NCBI GenBank assembly: GCA_040954595.2
Contig: CM082598.2
Location: 5,843,097 to 5,907,096, forward strand
Length of the DNA: 64,000 bases
Direction: 5' to 3'
Origin: Balanoglossus misakiensis
Taxonomy: Eukaryota > Animalia > Hemichordata
The notes under the pieces are model-generated. The model was not told where the DNA came from, searched no databases, and worked only from the letters and a program-made list of their open reading frames with translations. This document shows, piece after piece, positions 49,399 through 61,855 of this stretch. Within the stretch, counting starts at the first letter, position 1. Each line of letters opens with the position of its first letter. Both the position numbers and the translations under genes were made by a program.

Positions 49399-50836
49399 AT
49401 GGCCACATCAAAGAAAACGTGTGTAGTCGCTATCACATCTGTGGTCGTTGGAGTTGCTGTCGTTGCGGTTGTTCTATCGCTTACGTTCACTGTTTGGTTG
49501 AACGACGACACCGGTGAGTCACAGTATTTTCTCGGTGGTGGTGGTGGTGTTGATCACGACGAACAGAAAAGTCAATAATGACGAGTTAAGGATGTACGTT
49601 CAGTAAAATTGAAAGTATTGTCATTTTTTTTAATTGTGGATTTTTGGATTCTCCTTTGTAATATGTTTAATGAAAATCTGTAATAAAATATAGGGGTCAC
49701 CGCGCTTGTTTTTGAAATACAGAGCCATGAATTTAGTCGATAATAGAAGAAAACTGCTGACTCAGCATTTTTCACCAATGGTTTGTCTATGGGCAAAATT
49801 TTTGACGCAATTTATCTCAAAATAGAGCGCGGTGACCCCTATATTTTATTGACCAATGAATTTATATTTGCTGGACTGGGCTATGTGTAAAATTTCGTGA
49901 AAATGAAAATAGTAGAAGTTTGTTTTCTAGCAATTTTCAATGTAATCCTATGGGAAAAAGACCGGGCGCGCACTGTTTCCGGTTTATGTTCTGCGCGTAC
50001 ATCCTTAATCAATTATTTATGTATCTTCGATAGAATCCCGTCCAGAACCTGGGCCGTGTGATCGAGGCGACGGACACGACGACTATATCGCCAACGGTAC
50101 AGACATCGCTATCGATGAAAATGTTAACGCATATTTGGTTGAACCAACTGATACGTGCCTGGCAGCCGTTATAGTCGTGCACGATATTTACGGTTATGAG
50201 TTGGGAGCGACGCGGTTGATCGCTGACGAACTCGCCTCCCATGGCTACACCGCGATTATGCCCGATCTTTTCCGAGGGAACCCGTGGAATGGTACCGGCA
50301 ATTTTAACCTTAACGATTATATCCGATGGAGACGCGCACATCCACAGGAACGCATCGACGAGGACATTGATGTCACTCTGCTCTACATACACGACAATCT
50401 TGGAATAGAGAACGTTGGAGTTATCGGGTTTTGCTTCGGGGGCCAGCAAACAGTCTTGGCTTCGATTCCGTCACCCGACAGAATTCAAGCTGGGGTGGGA
50501 TTTTACGGGTCCGGAGTGACTGAAGACGAAGTACTGGCTATGCAGGCGCCAACATTGTTAATCTACGCCCAAAATGACACAGTGGAACCGGTCGAAAACG
50601 TCTATGAACTGGAAGACGCACTTCGGGATGCCGATCGTTTACTGGACGAGCTCACAGCGGACGATTCCGATCTCAGCGGCCCGGCGGCTTTCATCAAAAT
50701 TTTTGACGACGTCGGGCACGGATTCGTACACAGGGCTAACAGAAGCGATCCAGTTGCCGCCGTCGCTGCAGATGAAGCTAAAGCCGACATGTACTACTGG
50801 CTGGGAAAATACCTGCCCACCGAGAACAATAATTGA
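49399..50836 (+). CDS. Carboxymethylenebutenolidase (CMBL)/dienelactone hydrolase homolog with N-terminal signal anchor, 2 exons, ~305 aa
   Basis: Exons 49399-49513 (MATSKKTCVVAITSVVVGVAVVAVVLSLTFTVWLNDDT) and 50034-50836, phase 1. Motifs PCD.G, VIVVHDIYG, GYTAIMPDLFRG.PW, nucleophile GVIGFCFGG, AQND, GHGFVHR give an intact Cys-Asp-His triad as in CMBL. An in-frame upstream ATG at 49378 is an alternative start. Confidence 0.92.
49590..50004. mobile_element. Kolobok-like MITE family K2 (representative copy, in the CMBL intron)
   Basis: TTAA-GGATGTACG..CGTACATCC-TTAA. Other copies at ~6934-7247, 18425-18855, 18860-19269 (inverted), 24436-~24475 (partial), ~39650-39857 (partial). Confidence 0.88.
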
Positions 50837-52240
50837 ACTCAAAATGTATCAGTGATTTTACCGCAAATATTGTCAACATACTAGAATATTAAAGAGTGTG
50901 TACAAATACAGCTTAACCCATAGCCGTTTTTTTTCTGGTTCTCAGTGATACATTGGACAAAGGTGGGGAGACCTTCCGTTTTTGTTATACTCACCAGGGA
51001 AAGATAGAGTGATCGAAAATCCTCTCTCGCGACTACCAATATGAATATACAAATTCAGTTTGCTTGCTAACATAACCCCATGATCACTCATTAGCTTGGT
51101 CGGCACTTAATGAAAATATATATGACAGGAAAATTGCACAGTATGGCGTCTGTTATGATATTAATAATTCTGAGGATAGATATGGGCTTTGAGAATTTCA
51201 AAACTCCCCCCATTGGATAAGGTTTATTGGGGTATCATAAACTCGTTTATTGTAGACGTGTCCCACATGTAGTATATCATATGCCAATCTTAACTAACCT
51301 AATGCACCGTTCAAAGCAGTTATAGACTCTCGTCTAAACTTATTTTATGTTGGTGTTGTCACATATCCCCTTTTCCCCCATACGTCATACAGAAAGTGAT
51401 GGCTAAAGGTAAGAAGGCTGGAATTCGAAAAATAGAAGTCGCATTTGTGGGCGTTGGGGTCGCTGTTGTTATGGCCCTCCTTACTATGAATAATTAATTT
51501 AGGTATATCCATTTCTACATCATACATGTAATTATACTATATCTCTTCTTTGATAATTAACAAAGACAACGGATATTATGATGATGACGACAGCAACGAC
51601 GATGATGATGACAATGATCATGGTGGTTGGGGTAAATGCCTGGATAAGTGCTCACTTAATCTAGTTACAGTCCGTTTTTACTGTACGTCTATGCTGTATC
51701 GTTGCGACATTGGCCACATGCAACGTACAACCACGACATTCCACGTAAAGTCTTGAAAATAACATGATTTGTTTTCTCTGGGTCTGAAACTAACCTTAAT
51801 TTGTCACTGTTGAATACTCGTGCAAGTTCCATGCGTCGCCCATCCATCCAAAACTCAAGAGATCTTCATACGATATATGTGTCGTGGCGTGGAGTTGCAG
51901 ACGACAAGCCTGTTACCGGGGGTGTACTTCCTATGTTTACTGATATATGTGTAGTACGCATGATTATGTGACGCCCATGAGGTGGTTTTGATATAAAATA
52001 TGGTGTACACAGTTAAGCCATTCAAATTCTGAAATGGGGGTATTTTTTCAACGCTCTAGTGTTTGGAACAACAATATCGCAATTTGGAATGTTGATAAAT
52101 TTTACGAACCTGCAGCCTGTAAATCCAGAAATATTTTTTATCAGTTTGATAAGGTATTATATGATTGGTCAGTCTTTCTACACGTAGAATTGAAATAACA
52201 TTGAATACAACCAATTGGAGGACGTTTTATTGAGCGCCAT

Positions 52241-54826
52241 ATGTGCATGTGTTTCCTGTCAGACGTTCTTCTGTTTTTATCAGCATTGATGTTTAAGTGG
52301 AATCAAGAGTTGAAAGATAATTTAATTGAAAGGGTGAACATGTCTGAATATCATGTAATAACTGCCCTGAAAAGAGGTTATGCTAATGAATGTGTTAAAT
52401 ATATGTGTGCAATTTTTGAAGCCGCTGGGTCAGAAATGAAAGTGTGTACAAAATTAAAATACAACTCCCCCTTGCAATGTAATATTCATGCGCCCTGGTT
52501 TGATGCTGAATGTATTTCTCTGAAGTCTGTTAAAAATAAGAGCCTACGTAAATTTCGTTTTATGAATACAGAGGTCGATTTGTCGGAGTATAATGAAATT
52601 AAAAGGAAATTTAAGGTGCTTTGCAGAAAAAAAGAAACGAGAATACCAAGAAGAATTAAAATCCTCACTTGTGAAAGACATCAGCGATACCAGTTCAATA
52701 TGGGAAAAGTTTCGTTTGCTGAATAGGAAGTTTTCAAATTCAGAAATCCCGGTCAAACATTGGATTAAACATTTCATAAAGTTGTTTCAGTCCCTCCCTG
52801 TTGACATGGATATTCAGAACATAACGATATGCGACACTGGTTACGCATCTGGTGAATTGATTTTGAATAAGCTTATTACAGTGGATGAGATATCTAAAGC
52901 CATCCAGAAGCTTAAAATTGGCAAAGCACCGGGTTTCGATGGCCTGCCAGCTGAATTATTTAAAGTATCTGAGAATAATCTCCTTCCATACCTTGTGCGC
53001 CTTTTCATTTTAATCTTTGACTCTGGAAATTTTCCGGATGGTTGTTCCATGGGAGTCATTGTACCTCTCCACAAATCAGGTGATAAGGGCAATGTAAACA
53101 ATTATAGAGGTATCACTCTTTTGAGTAATTTCAGTAAAATTTTCACTACTATTCTTAACGAGAGGTTGACTACATGGGCCGAAACGGAAGGCAAGTTATC
53201 AGAGTGTCAGGCAGGGTTCAGAAAAGGGTATTCCACTTTACATAATATTTTCTCTCTTTATGCAATTGTACTGAGATATCTGGGAAGACGAGGGGGCCGA
53301 TTTTATTGCGTTTTTGTTGACTTTGCCAAAGCATTCGACACTGTTAATCATACACTTTTATTTATGCCACTTTTACAGAATGGTGTTCAGGGCAAAATGT
53401 TCACAATCCTTAAAAGCATATATAAAGACGTCAAATCTTGCGTCAGAGTGAAAACAACATATAACAGATGGTTTTGACTGTCCATCGGGTGTGCGTCAAG
53501 GTTGCATCCTCAGCCCGATTTTATTTGCTATATTTATTAATGAACTACAAAATATGGTTGAAAATGCAGGTCACATGCGTATACAAATAACACAGGAATT
53601 GAAAGATATTTTCCTCTTACTGTATTCTGATGACATCAGAGGTTTGCAGAGGTTGCTAAACACACTTAATTTATTTACTGATAAATGTAAAATGAAAACA
53701 AATGTGTCCAAAACAAAAACTATTGTATTTAGAAACAGTGGTATAATTAAGAAAACAGAAAAATGGCTATATGGCGGAGAACAAGTGAATGTTGTAACTT
53801 ATTATAAATATCTGAGTATTTTGTTTTCTAGTCGAAATGTATGGTACTTTAGAGTATTTGATATAATGATCTTGCCAATATTTTCATATGGTTCAGAGAT
53901 ATGGGGTTTTCAACCCTACGCATGCGCAGAGACCGTACATTATAAGTATTGTAAACGCTTTTTAGGCGTAAAAAGTCACACTCCAAATGCCGCTGTAATA
54001 GGAGAATTGGGTAGACCGCCAATTTTCGTTCATACATACATTCGATGCATAAAATGGTGGCTGAAATTATTATCTATGCCAAATACACAACATTCATATA
54101 CACTTCTTGTAAGAGAAGATTTACTGGGGAAAGCAAATTGGGCATCCCATATTCGTAATATACTTTATAGATATGATTATGAATATGCTTGGATTAATCA
54201 GGGAGTTGGTAATGAAAAATTGTTTATTACACTGTTTTCAGATACAGTAAAAGATAATTGGCGTCAAGACGGAGGGGGGAAATTAATAGCACAAGCCGAT
54301 TACAAATGTTTTGTCAATTAAAGAATAGCCCATACCTTGAAAATTATTTATTCAATGTTAAAATTAACAAACATCGAAAGGCCCTTTCACAGATACGATG
54401 TTCCGTTCACAGCTTTCCATTGAAACTGGCCGCAGCAAAGGTCTGGACAGGTCTGAAAGGTTATGTGAAATTTGTAATACATGTATCGTTGAAGACGAAT
54501 ATCATTTTCTTTTTGAATGTATGCTTTATCAAAATCTTAGGGAGAAATATTTACCAAAGTGTGTTACAAGATATCATTATCAAGTAAATATGGTCAAACT
54601 TTTCACCTCATGTGATACCAATATTATAAATAACCTGGCAAAATTTGTTTATCAAGCATTCGAATTGCGGAAAGAAGCACTACATTTGTATTAGAATGTA
54701 ATACTCTGTCTAAATGTTTTGCTTAGTATCGTGGTGCAATCAAATCACGTTCTGTACTTTTGTATCATTTTGATGTACTAAATGCAATGGGCCGGTGGCC
54801 TTTATGCAAATAAATATTATTATTAT
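52241..54826 (+). mobile_element. Degenerate 5'-truncated non-LTR retrotransposon ORF2 (RT plus C-terminal Cys/His domain), probably RTE-X-like
   Basis: Frameshifted ORFs with PWFD.EC, KAPGFDG, NYRGITLL, QAGFRKG, FVDFAKAFDTV, GVRQGCILSPILF, LLYSDD, GELGR, LSIETGR..ERLC..C..VEDEYHFLFEC. 3' end is GGCCGGTGGCC-AATAAA-(TAT)n at about 54790-54826. Clade assignment is inference. Confidence 0.92.
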
Positions 54827-55120
54827 TGTTTGGACGAGCCAACTTGCTCCAAAAGCGGTCGAAATATTTACAAGCCTGCTCGCTTGCTTTACTTTAATTA
54901 TTTGGAACGCCACCTTGCTCCAAAAACAGTCGAAAATATTTGCAAGCCTACTCGCTTGCTTCACGCTCAACCCTATGAAAACATTGAATAAGAGCCTACG
55001 CGCTCGTTTCCACACATCTACATCGGAAAGAAAACTCACGATACTGGCTCACCAACCAGTTACATGGTACCGTACAAAAGAAGGTAACATCTTGGTAACA
55101 ATGATAAAAGAAATGAAATA

Positions 55121-56053
55121 CCGTATATTCTCACAAATAAGCGCCACCCATGATTAGGCGCCAGTGATACCTGACTTTGCTACTTTTTACTTAAAATTAA
55201 GCGACAGGAATTTTTTTTTGAGGTGTGTGGACGTACGTGAATCATGACAAGTACTACCGAGGTAACACCTGTTTAGGGGTCTTGTCAAAAACAACGGGGG
55301 CTTGCTGCGTGAATATAAATTGACCTGAGCAGACAATGCATGCTTTGGGCTGATGTGCTATTTATTTACAAGATGAAATCGGGCACATGTCAACCTCCTA
55401 ATTTATGTAAATTATCACACTGCAAAAGACACAGGTGCCGGGCGTCTAGACACTCGTCTTTTTCCTGTCGATCGATCGGCAGCCGCTTACGTTACCGGCA
55501 CTACCACCCAAGTTTGACCATATGGCCAGGGCTTTGAAATAATAGGACTAGTTTCAAGTTGTGAATGTTTGCGGTATTAATTTTCTCGTGAATATTCACG
55601 CAACCTGAGTATTCACGCAACCTTGCCTGACCTTACATGTGTGAGAGCATGATGACAAAGACGCACTTGGACTAAACTACTATACGTCAGTAGATTTTGT
55701 TGATGGTTTAGCCAGCATACTGTAATGCTGCTCGTAGTATTCACTTCGTTGACAACTTTTTATTTCTGGAATATTTATTAGATAATACATTGAACTGACT
55801 GTATTTGAATAGAAAATGTTAAAACTTTACATATGAATTTGAAACAGCCATTCATTCACTGCGGACACTCCCTTACGAGAACACTGATTGGAACATCCCA
55901 AATCATTTGCATATGAATCAACAGGGTACAGTATACAGGGCGATCCATGAATAAGCGCCACCGGTTCTTGAAAAGACTCATTTCTGCCTTTGTTTAGGCG
56001 CCACCAAAATTTGAAATGGTTAAAAAGTGGCACTTATTTGTGAGAATATACGG
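55121..56053. mobile_element. Tc1/pogo-like non-autonomous element
   Basis: TA-CCGTATATTCTCACAAATAAG..CTTATTTGTGAGAATATACGG-TA. Confidence 0.85.
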
Positions 56054-59000
56054 TAACTCGAAGCAAAGCACAAGGCGTCCACAAAAATCTAATCAACGAA
56101 ACTGATGCGGATGTCCAGGTGCGGAATGTTGCTGGATAACAGCTGTACTCCAAACAACCCAAAATACGTGCAAAGCGTGGGAACACAGAGCAAGCAGTGA
56201 AATGAAATGAACTGTATTGGCTACATGCAGTGTGCTGAGAGTTTTACAGAGTTTATTACCTTGCAATTATCCCAAAATAGTTTCAATCGTGTTTTTATCT
56301 TTACCTCATTTTGACCAGTTAATTCTCCTGGTAATCCCGAAGCGTCTTGCTGGCTTTGTCCCCCATCCCTCCGTCTATCGGTTCTCGATGCATGTTATAC
56401 AACAGGTGCGGAGTGCTGTGGAACTTGCCGAGTAGAATCTAACGGACCGGGAGTAGCCGCACTTGCAGGTAATACTGGTCGGTGTGCTATTATATGGCGG
56501 CCCATCGCTGCCACTGTTAAAATGCATAAATATATCTATAGTTTGTGTGTTTTTGTTTTGCTTTTTTTGTTTGTTTGTGTGTTTTTGTTTGAAAATGAAA
56601 AGAAATTAAAAAAAGTAAAAAAAAAAGAAAAAAAAAAGTGAAATGAAATGAAATGCAATTCGTTTCAGCCATGGACTACAGCTGCCATAGTTAACCGGCA
56701 TGCATTACGGCGACCATAGACATAACACGCAATGGCAGTGGCAGGTCCAGGCCTACGTATCGCAAAGATTTTTTTTCCGAATGAAAATTTTTCCACCTAT
56801 GGACTACAGCTGCCGTAGTCCGTGGACGAAAGCTGCCGTTAGCCTACAGCTGCCACAGTAACACGTGACGACGCTTTGTACAACAACATGTATTTCGCGT
56901 CGTGCTTCGGTTTTAAATAGATCGGACAAAAAAATTGTTGCGTATACGGCACGCATGGGCGTTGTACATGTATACCGCTTCACGGGTCATAAATTCTCAG
57001 TACAGGGTTTTACTGCCAATACCACTCCTTGCCGCCGAGAAAGTTCGTCGTCAATATCGAAGTTTTGAAAGAAAACCATAGCATATTTGATATCAAAAGG
57101 TAGGATATTTATTATTAGGATATTCATACGTAATTTCATCGCGTTCACGCGGTGTTACGTGTTCCGGACGCAAGCTTTTAGGCCGGCACGCGACTGGTCC
57201 CATTTAAAGGGTCAGTGTGTGCCTATACCCACAACACGTCAAATCATTCTTTATGTGACGAAGTTGAGGTTTGTTGCTGTCTAGAATCTCATATCACCAA
57301 GTATGGTTTGATAATTTTCTAGCAAAATTGCTAGTTGGGCGTGTACCCCAAAGCCAGTCCAGTGGACTTTTTTCGCCTTCCCAGTCTTCAGGGGACAGTT
57401 TAAACACGATTGGAACTATTTTGGGATAATTGCATACCGCTAAAATGTGTACAAAACAATAAATATCGAGACCAGCCGACGACCGAGGTGGTCACCCAAC
57501 GAGTATACCACATGCGTGGAAATGAGTTCGTCAACGGAGAGGTCGTGCCTGACCAAGGGAGAGCGAGACCATGTCCAGCAAGAGCGAGAGCAGACCCAAC
57601 TGAAGGTGCCCCAGGAAAACCAGCAGAGGTAAACTTGAAGACTGCAAAATGAAAATTAGACTTTGACAGTACAGTTTAGTGAACTTTGAAGACAGGACAG
57701 AAACAATATTCTGTGCCTTTCGGGGCATTTTCTGAGGGGGCTACGCAATATGTGTAATTGTGGAATACACCCTGATTGATGAAAGGATTGATAATTTTAC
57801 GCAATGAATGCAATTTACCGTATGTTTATCTATTATAGGGCCATTCTATGATTTTGTACAACAATTCATTGTTGTGTTTTGACAGGGGAAGTATTGTGTT
57901 CGGGATTTCTTTTAGCAAAGGGGTAGGGTGACAAGCAGTAATTGGTCATATTGTCAGATACTCACGTTTTGTCAGATACTCGCCGTACACACGTGCTGAC
58001 ATAACATGAATTATACTGAGTTCAAAAACACACTGCCAATTTCTAACCAATAACTGCATATTGCATATCTAATGAATTAGTAAAACAACTATATGTTTAA
58101 CTCATTAATTGTCCCCTTTGCATACTGCTTGACTGTTCTGGATAGAGATCTGACTAGATTATGAGACAGTTAGCAGCATCATATTAATTAACTGCTAACA
58201 GTTAGCAGCAGCATCATATTAATTAACTGCTAATTTTCATACTTAATGAACCATTAATTATGTTTTTAAATCAGGAGCCAAATTTGATGAACCTCAGAAG
58301 AGGTATCGTTTTCACAATGCAGACAGTGCAGACAGTGCACAGTCATCAATACACATCAATTTTGCATACTTCATTATTCTGTTCAAGAAGTGATGAGATT
58401 AGTCGGAATGATGAACGGGATTAGCAGTCGAAATAACTCACGGGTAGCAATCGAAAGTAAGTGTTTAAAAGTTTACATAAAATAAGAATACAAAAAAAGG
58501 CAAATGGTAAATGAATTTTCCGCTGAGGAATGGTTCCTCCAGTGATAGCATTTGCTACAGTTCGGTCCTTAAACACTAATATGTTTAATTTGTTGAATAG
58601 TATCGTTTGCGACTTTGATGATCAGACAACAAGCGTACCTGAAACAGAGATCTCCATATCCGTAGCACTATCACACGTTTGGAAGCAGCCCAGTCAATCA
58701 GGTATACCCAATCATAAGCAGTCAACCTACTGAAAATTGGAGTACGCGTGCTTATGGTGTGGTCAAATTCAAAGAAAGCACTTATCGCCTTGTTCCACGA
58801 ACACTATTGCCAAAAACACAGAAATCGTGATAACTTCGGCCATCTGCCATAGCTTGAAATATTTTCCTTCTACTTGATACCTCATCTTCAAGAATTCCGG
58901 TGTAAGTGCTGACTGTTGTGTTTCTATTGGTGGCTGACATTTTGTATGCCACCGGCTATGCAAATGAGGTTTATGTAAGAAGCGGTGAAAATATTGTCCG

Positions 59001-60440
59001 ATCTCGCTTAGTCCAAAGTGGTGCTGTACGGACACGGGTTTTAGCGTCGTACGCGTACATGGTTAGACTAGCCCACTGGTCGCTTGGGGATTTTTAAATC
59101 TCAAAACATTTTGTGTTTTCGGCGGTTTTTTGTCTTAATAAATAATGTCAATACTTTGTGCGTGCATACTTGCCTTTAGCGTGCTTTTGGTAGTGAGGCG
59201 AATTTCGAATTTGCGACTGAGCTTGTGGTTTCGGGTAGCGTCGACCAAGCGACTAGTACACCTTGCAAAATCTACATAGTCGAGAATGATTGACAGGGCC
59301 CAAAGATCGGTCGGGAATCGCCAGCTTTGCCCGGTATTTTGAGTGAGCAGGGCCGACTGTGGTGAAGGTATCGGCCGTACGACACACAGCCCTGCCATGC
59401 ACAGAGCTTGGTCTCCACAATCAGCCTTTTGCTTCACACTGAAGTTGAACATGAACCAAAATGTTTCCTTTAGTGAAAAACCGTCCACTATTAAACAGTT
59501 CATCTGGAAAGTTTCGTGTATTTCTGACGGTGCGCCTTTATTTTGCGGCACAATTTTATGATGATCGATATATGCCCGTGTAGTATATACGTAGCGAATA
59601 CGAGAGAAAATAGCTCGTATAAATGAAAACGGCAGACACCAAAGACGGCCCACAACAAAATCGACCTCGCTACGGACTGAAAGCACACCATGGTATAAAC
59701 CTTAGCTCAGTTCTTTGTCGATGTATTAATCGTTTACAGTACATTTATGTGTTTTAGCTGGCGTAAATCATCGCTGATCTGACCGCCTATTTGTAGGCCT
59801 ATATCTGCACCTGAGCAATCGCTAGCAATTATCGCTGCCAATCCGAGCAGTTTTCTTCTCGGTTGATTACAAAGTCGTTCCCGTCGAACACCGTATATAC
59901 TGGTACACAGTCGGTGACTGTGACTGGTAATTTGTACATCTTCATAAAATTTGCTTTCACCGTAGTCTTCCCCCACGAGCGCGAGGCTTATTATCGTACA
60001 CGGCAATGTTTGTTCTCTCTTCCGGGCCCAGCTTAGAAGCCGCCCGGTGTTCTGCGCGCGTCAGCTGCACTGACCCAGCCAATCCACCAAGGACGGTACA
60101 CATATTTGTTGATCAAGTTCATACACTACACACATCCGTACAAAAAAGTGAACCAGACACTAGTTATACGAGTTACCCTAACATAAACACAGTTTTATTT
60201 GCTTAGTCTTATAATTACATGTACATGTAGTTCAGCTATATAACAGTGGAAATTTCAACAGGGGCTGGAGACACATCTTTCCAATGTCAGCTTCAAGTTG
60301 AATTGTGACTTGTGACAGATTGATCTGAAACAAAGATCAAGAAAAATATATCAGCATGACCTAATATCATAAAAACTTAGAGAATGTCCTCGATAAAAAA
60401 AAAGTATATGACGAAGCCATACAAGGACATTGTCCACCAC

Positions 60441-61091
60441 TAGCCTTGCGTACAGCGATGTGCGTTCCCGGGCAGTGTCACACGTAACCCGGCATTGTAC
60501 AGCCTCCATCGTGTAATGACGGGAGGCCGCGTGAATTCTGGAACACACAGGAGGGCTACAACATAGTTGTTACAGTGAGTAGCTTCAATGTAGGGGCCTA
60601 CTTTTACCGGTCGTACACAGACAAGTGACGGACGAACCTCTCAACTGTCACAGACACTCACCTATCTGTTGTGGGCCGTACGGCTGTTTCTGTCGCTTGT
60701 GTTGTTGTGTCCGATGTCAAACGCTGTTCAAAGCGATTGCGTGCTGCAGCAACTGGATAGAAGTGCCGGACAAACTTTTTTGTTTACCCATGGAGATAAA
60801 CTCGCTGTAAGCCTTATATTTAATATGACGATCTCAACATGTAAACACACAAAAATGAATCAAACGCGAGTGGTTCGGACGTTAGGACAAGTTAATCGCA
60901 TCATATTTGGAGTCGGTTAGGGGGCAGAAGTAGACAGGGAAAGGATTTTGCTTCGATAAAATCGAATTTCGGCCGAAAAAGCTGCGGTCCGGATCCGGAC
61001 CGCAGAAGCACCAGTTTTTTCTATGGCGCCTTGCAGGGCTGTGGTGGAGGCCGTGTAACGCCGGGAACACACAGACCTGTACGCAGAGCTA
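60441..61091. mobile_element. Longer member of the 10997 TAG..CTA family next to the RecQ helicase
   Basis: Right ~330 bp nearly identical to ~11215-11553; left end TAGCCTTGCGTACAGCGATGTGCGTTCCCGG is an imperfect TIR. No clear TSD. Confidence 0.75.
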
Positions 61092-61484
61092 GCGGTACAC
61101 AGGCTTCTCTCACAAAAAATCAGAAAGGCTTTCGGCACTGAAATTTCTGCTGTAAATTCGGAATTTGAATGGTGATCATAGTCTAAGAGTTATTCGTCAT
61201 TCGCACATAATTATGGGATTTCTGAGCTCGTCGCACGTCGCGTTGCTAGAGAGGCCCCAGGCCCAGTCGCGTTGCCAAAGAGTCCCACGCAAGGGCGCCC
61301 TCATAGGTTCATAGGTGACGAGCTTCGCCCTTAAATAGCTCCAAGCGCGCGTGTCGTATCATTGTTGACATATATCATCTGCAACTTAGTTGTTAAACCT
61401 TTGCCGTATATAAATATTAACGTATTTAACGTCGACTGTGTGTGGCCCAGATACAACGGTTGAAACACTGATAAGAACTCAGAG

Positions 61485-61841
61485 TCCCGAAACACTGATA
61501 AGAACTCAAATATAATTAGCCAGAGTAAAGTGAGATTTTTATGCTGAAGTCGGCATATGGTTACATTTGCAATGATCATTATAACTGATTACATAGCTCT
61601 GTATCAACATGTACCACAGGGGGCATCCTGCTTCAAAACTGACACTGTGTAAAATCTCTTTACAAATGTGTACACATGTGTTTTAGACATGTTCGAAGTA
61701 GGACACCCCCAAAGTGTGTTGATACAGAACTGCTCTAATCAGTTCTAATGATCAAAACGAACGTAACCAGATGCCACTTCAGCTTAGCAATCTCAGTTTA
61801 CTCTGGCTAATTATATTGGAGTTCTTATCAGTGTTTCGGGA
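61485..61841. mobile_element. MITE abutting the 5' break of the helicase
   Basis: TIR TCCCGAAACACTGATAAGAACTC / GAGTTCTTATCAGTGTTTCGGGA. Confidence 0.7.
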
Positions 61842-61855
61842 TGCTAAGATGAAAA

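Noticed and set aside
49399-50836. Bacterial contamination or recent HGT of a dienelactone hydrolase
   Set aside because: The gene has a spliceosomal intron containing a host MITE, local paralogs and CMBL-like motifs (PCD.G, HGFVHR) typical of animal genes.
50009-50855. Overlapping antisense and alternative-frame ORFs on CMBL exon 2 (similarly on the collagen exons at 850-1143 and 1464-1725)
   Set aside because: These are shadow ORFs of GC-richer coding sequence with no independent motifs.
59135-60006. 183-aa and 90-aa minus-strand ORFs as an Academ transposase
   Set aside because: They are partly composed of the 8184-family repeat and show no recognisable transposase motifs.
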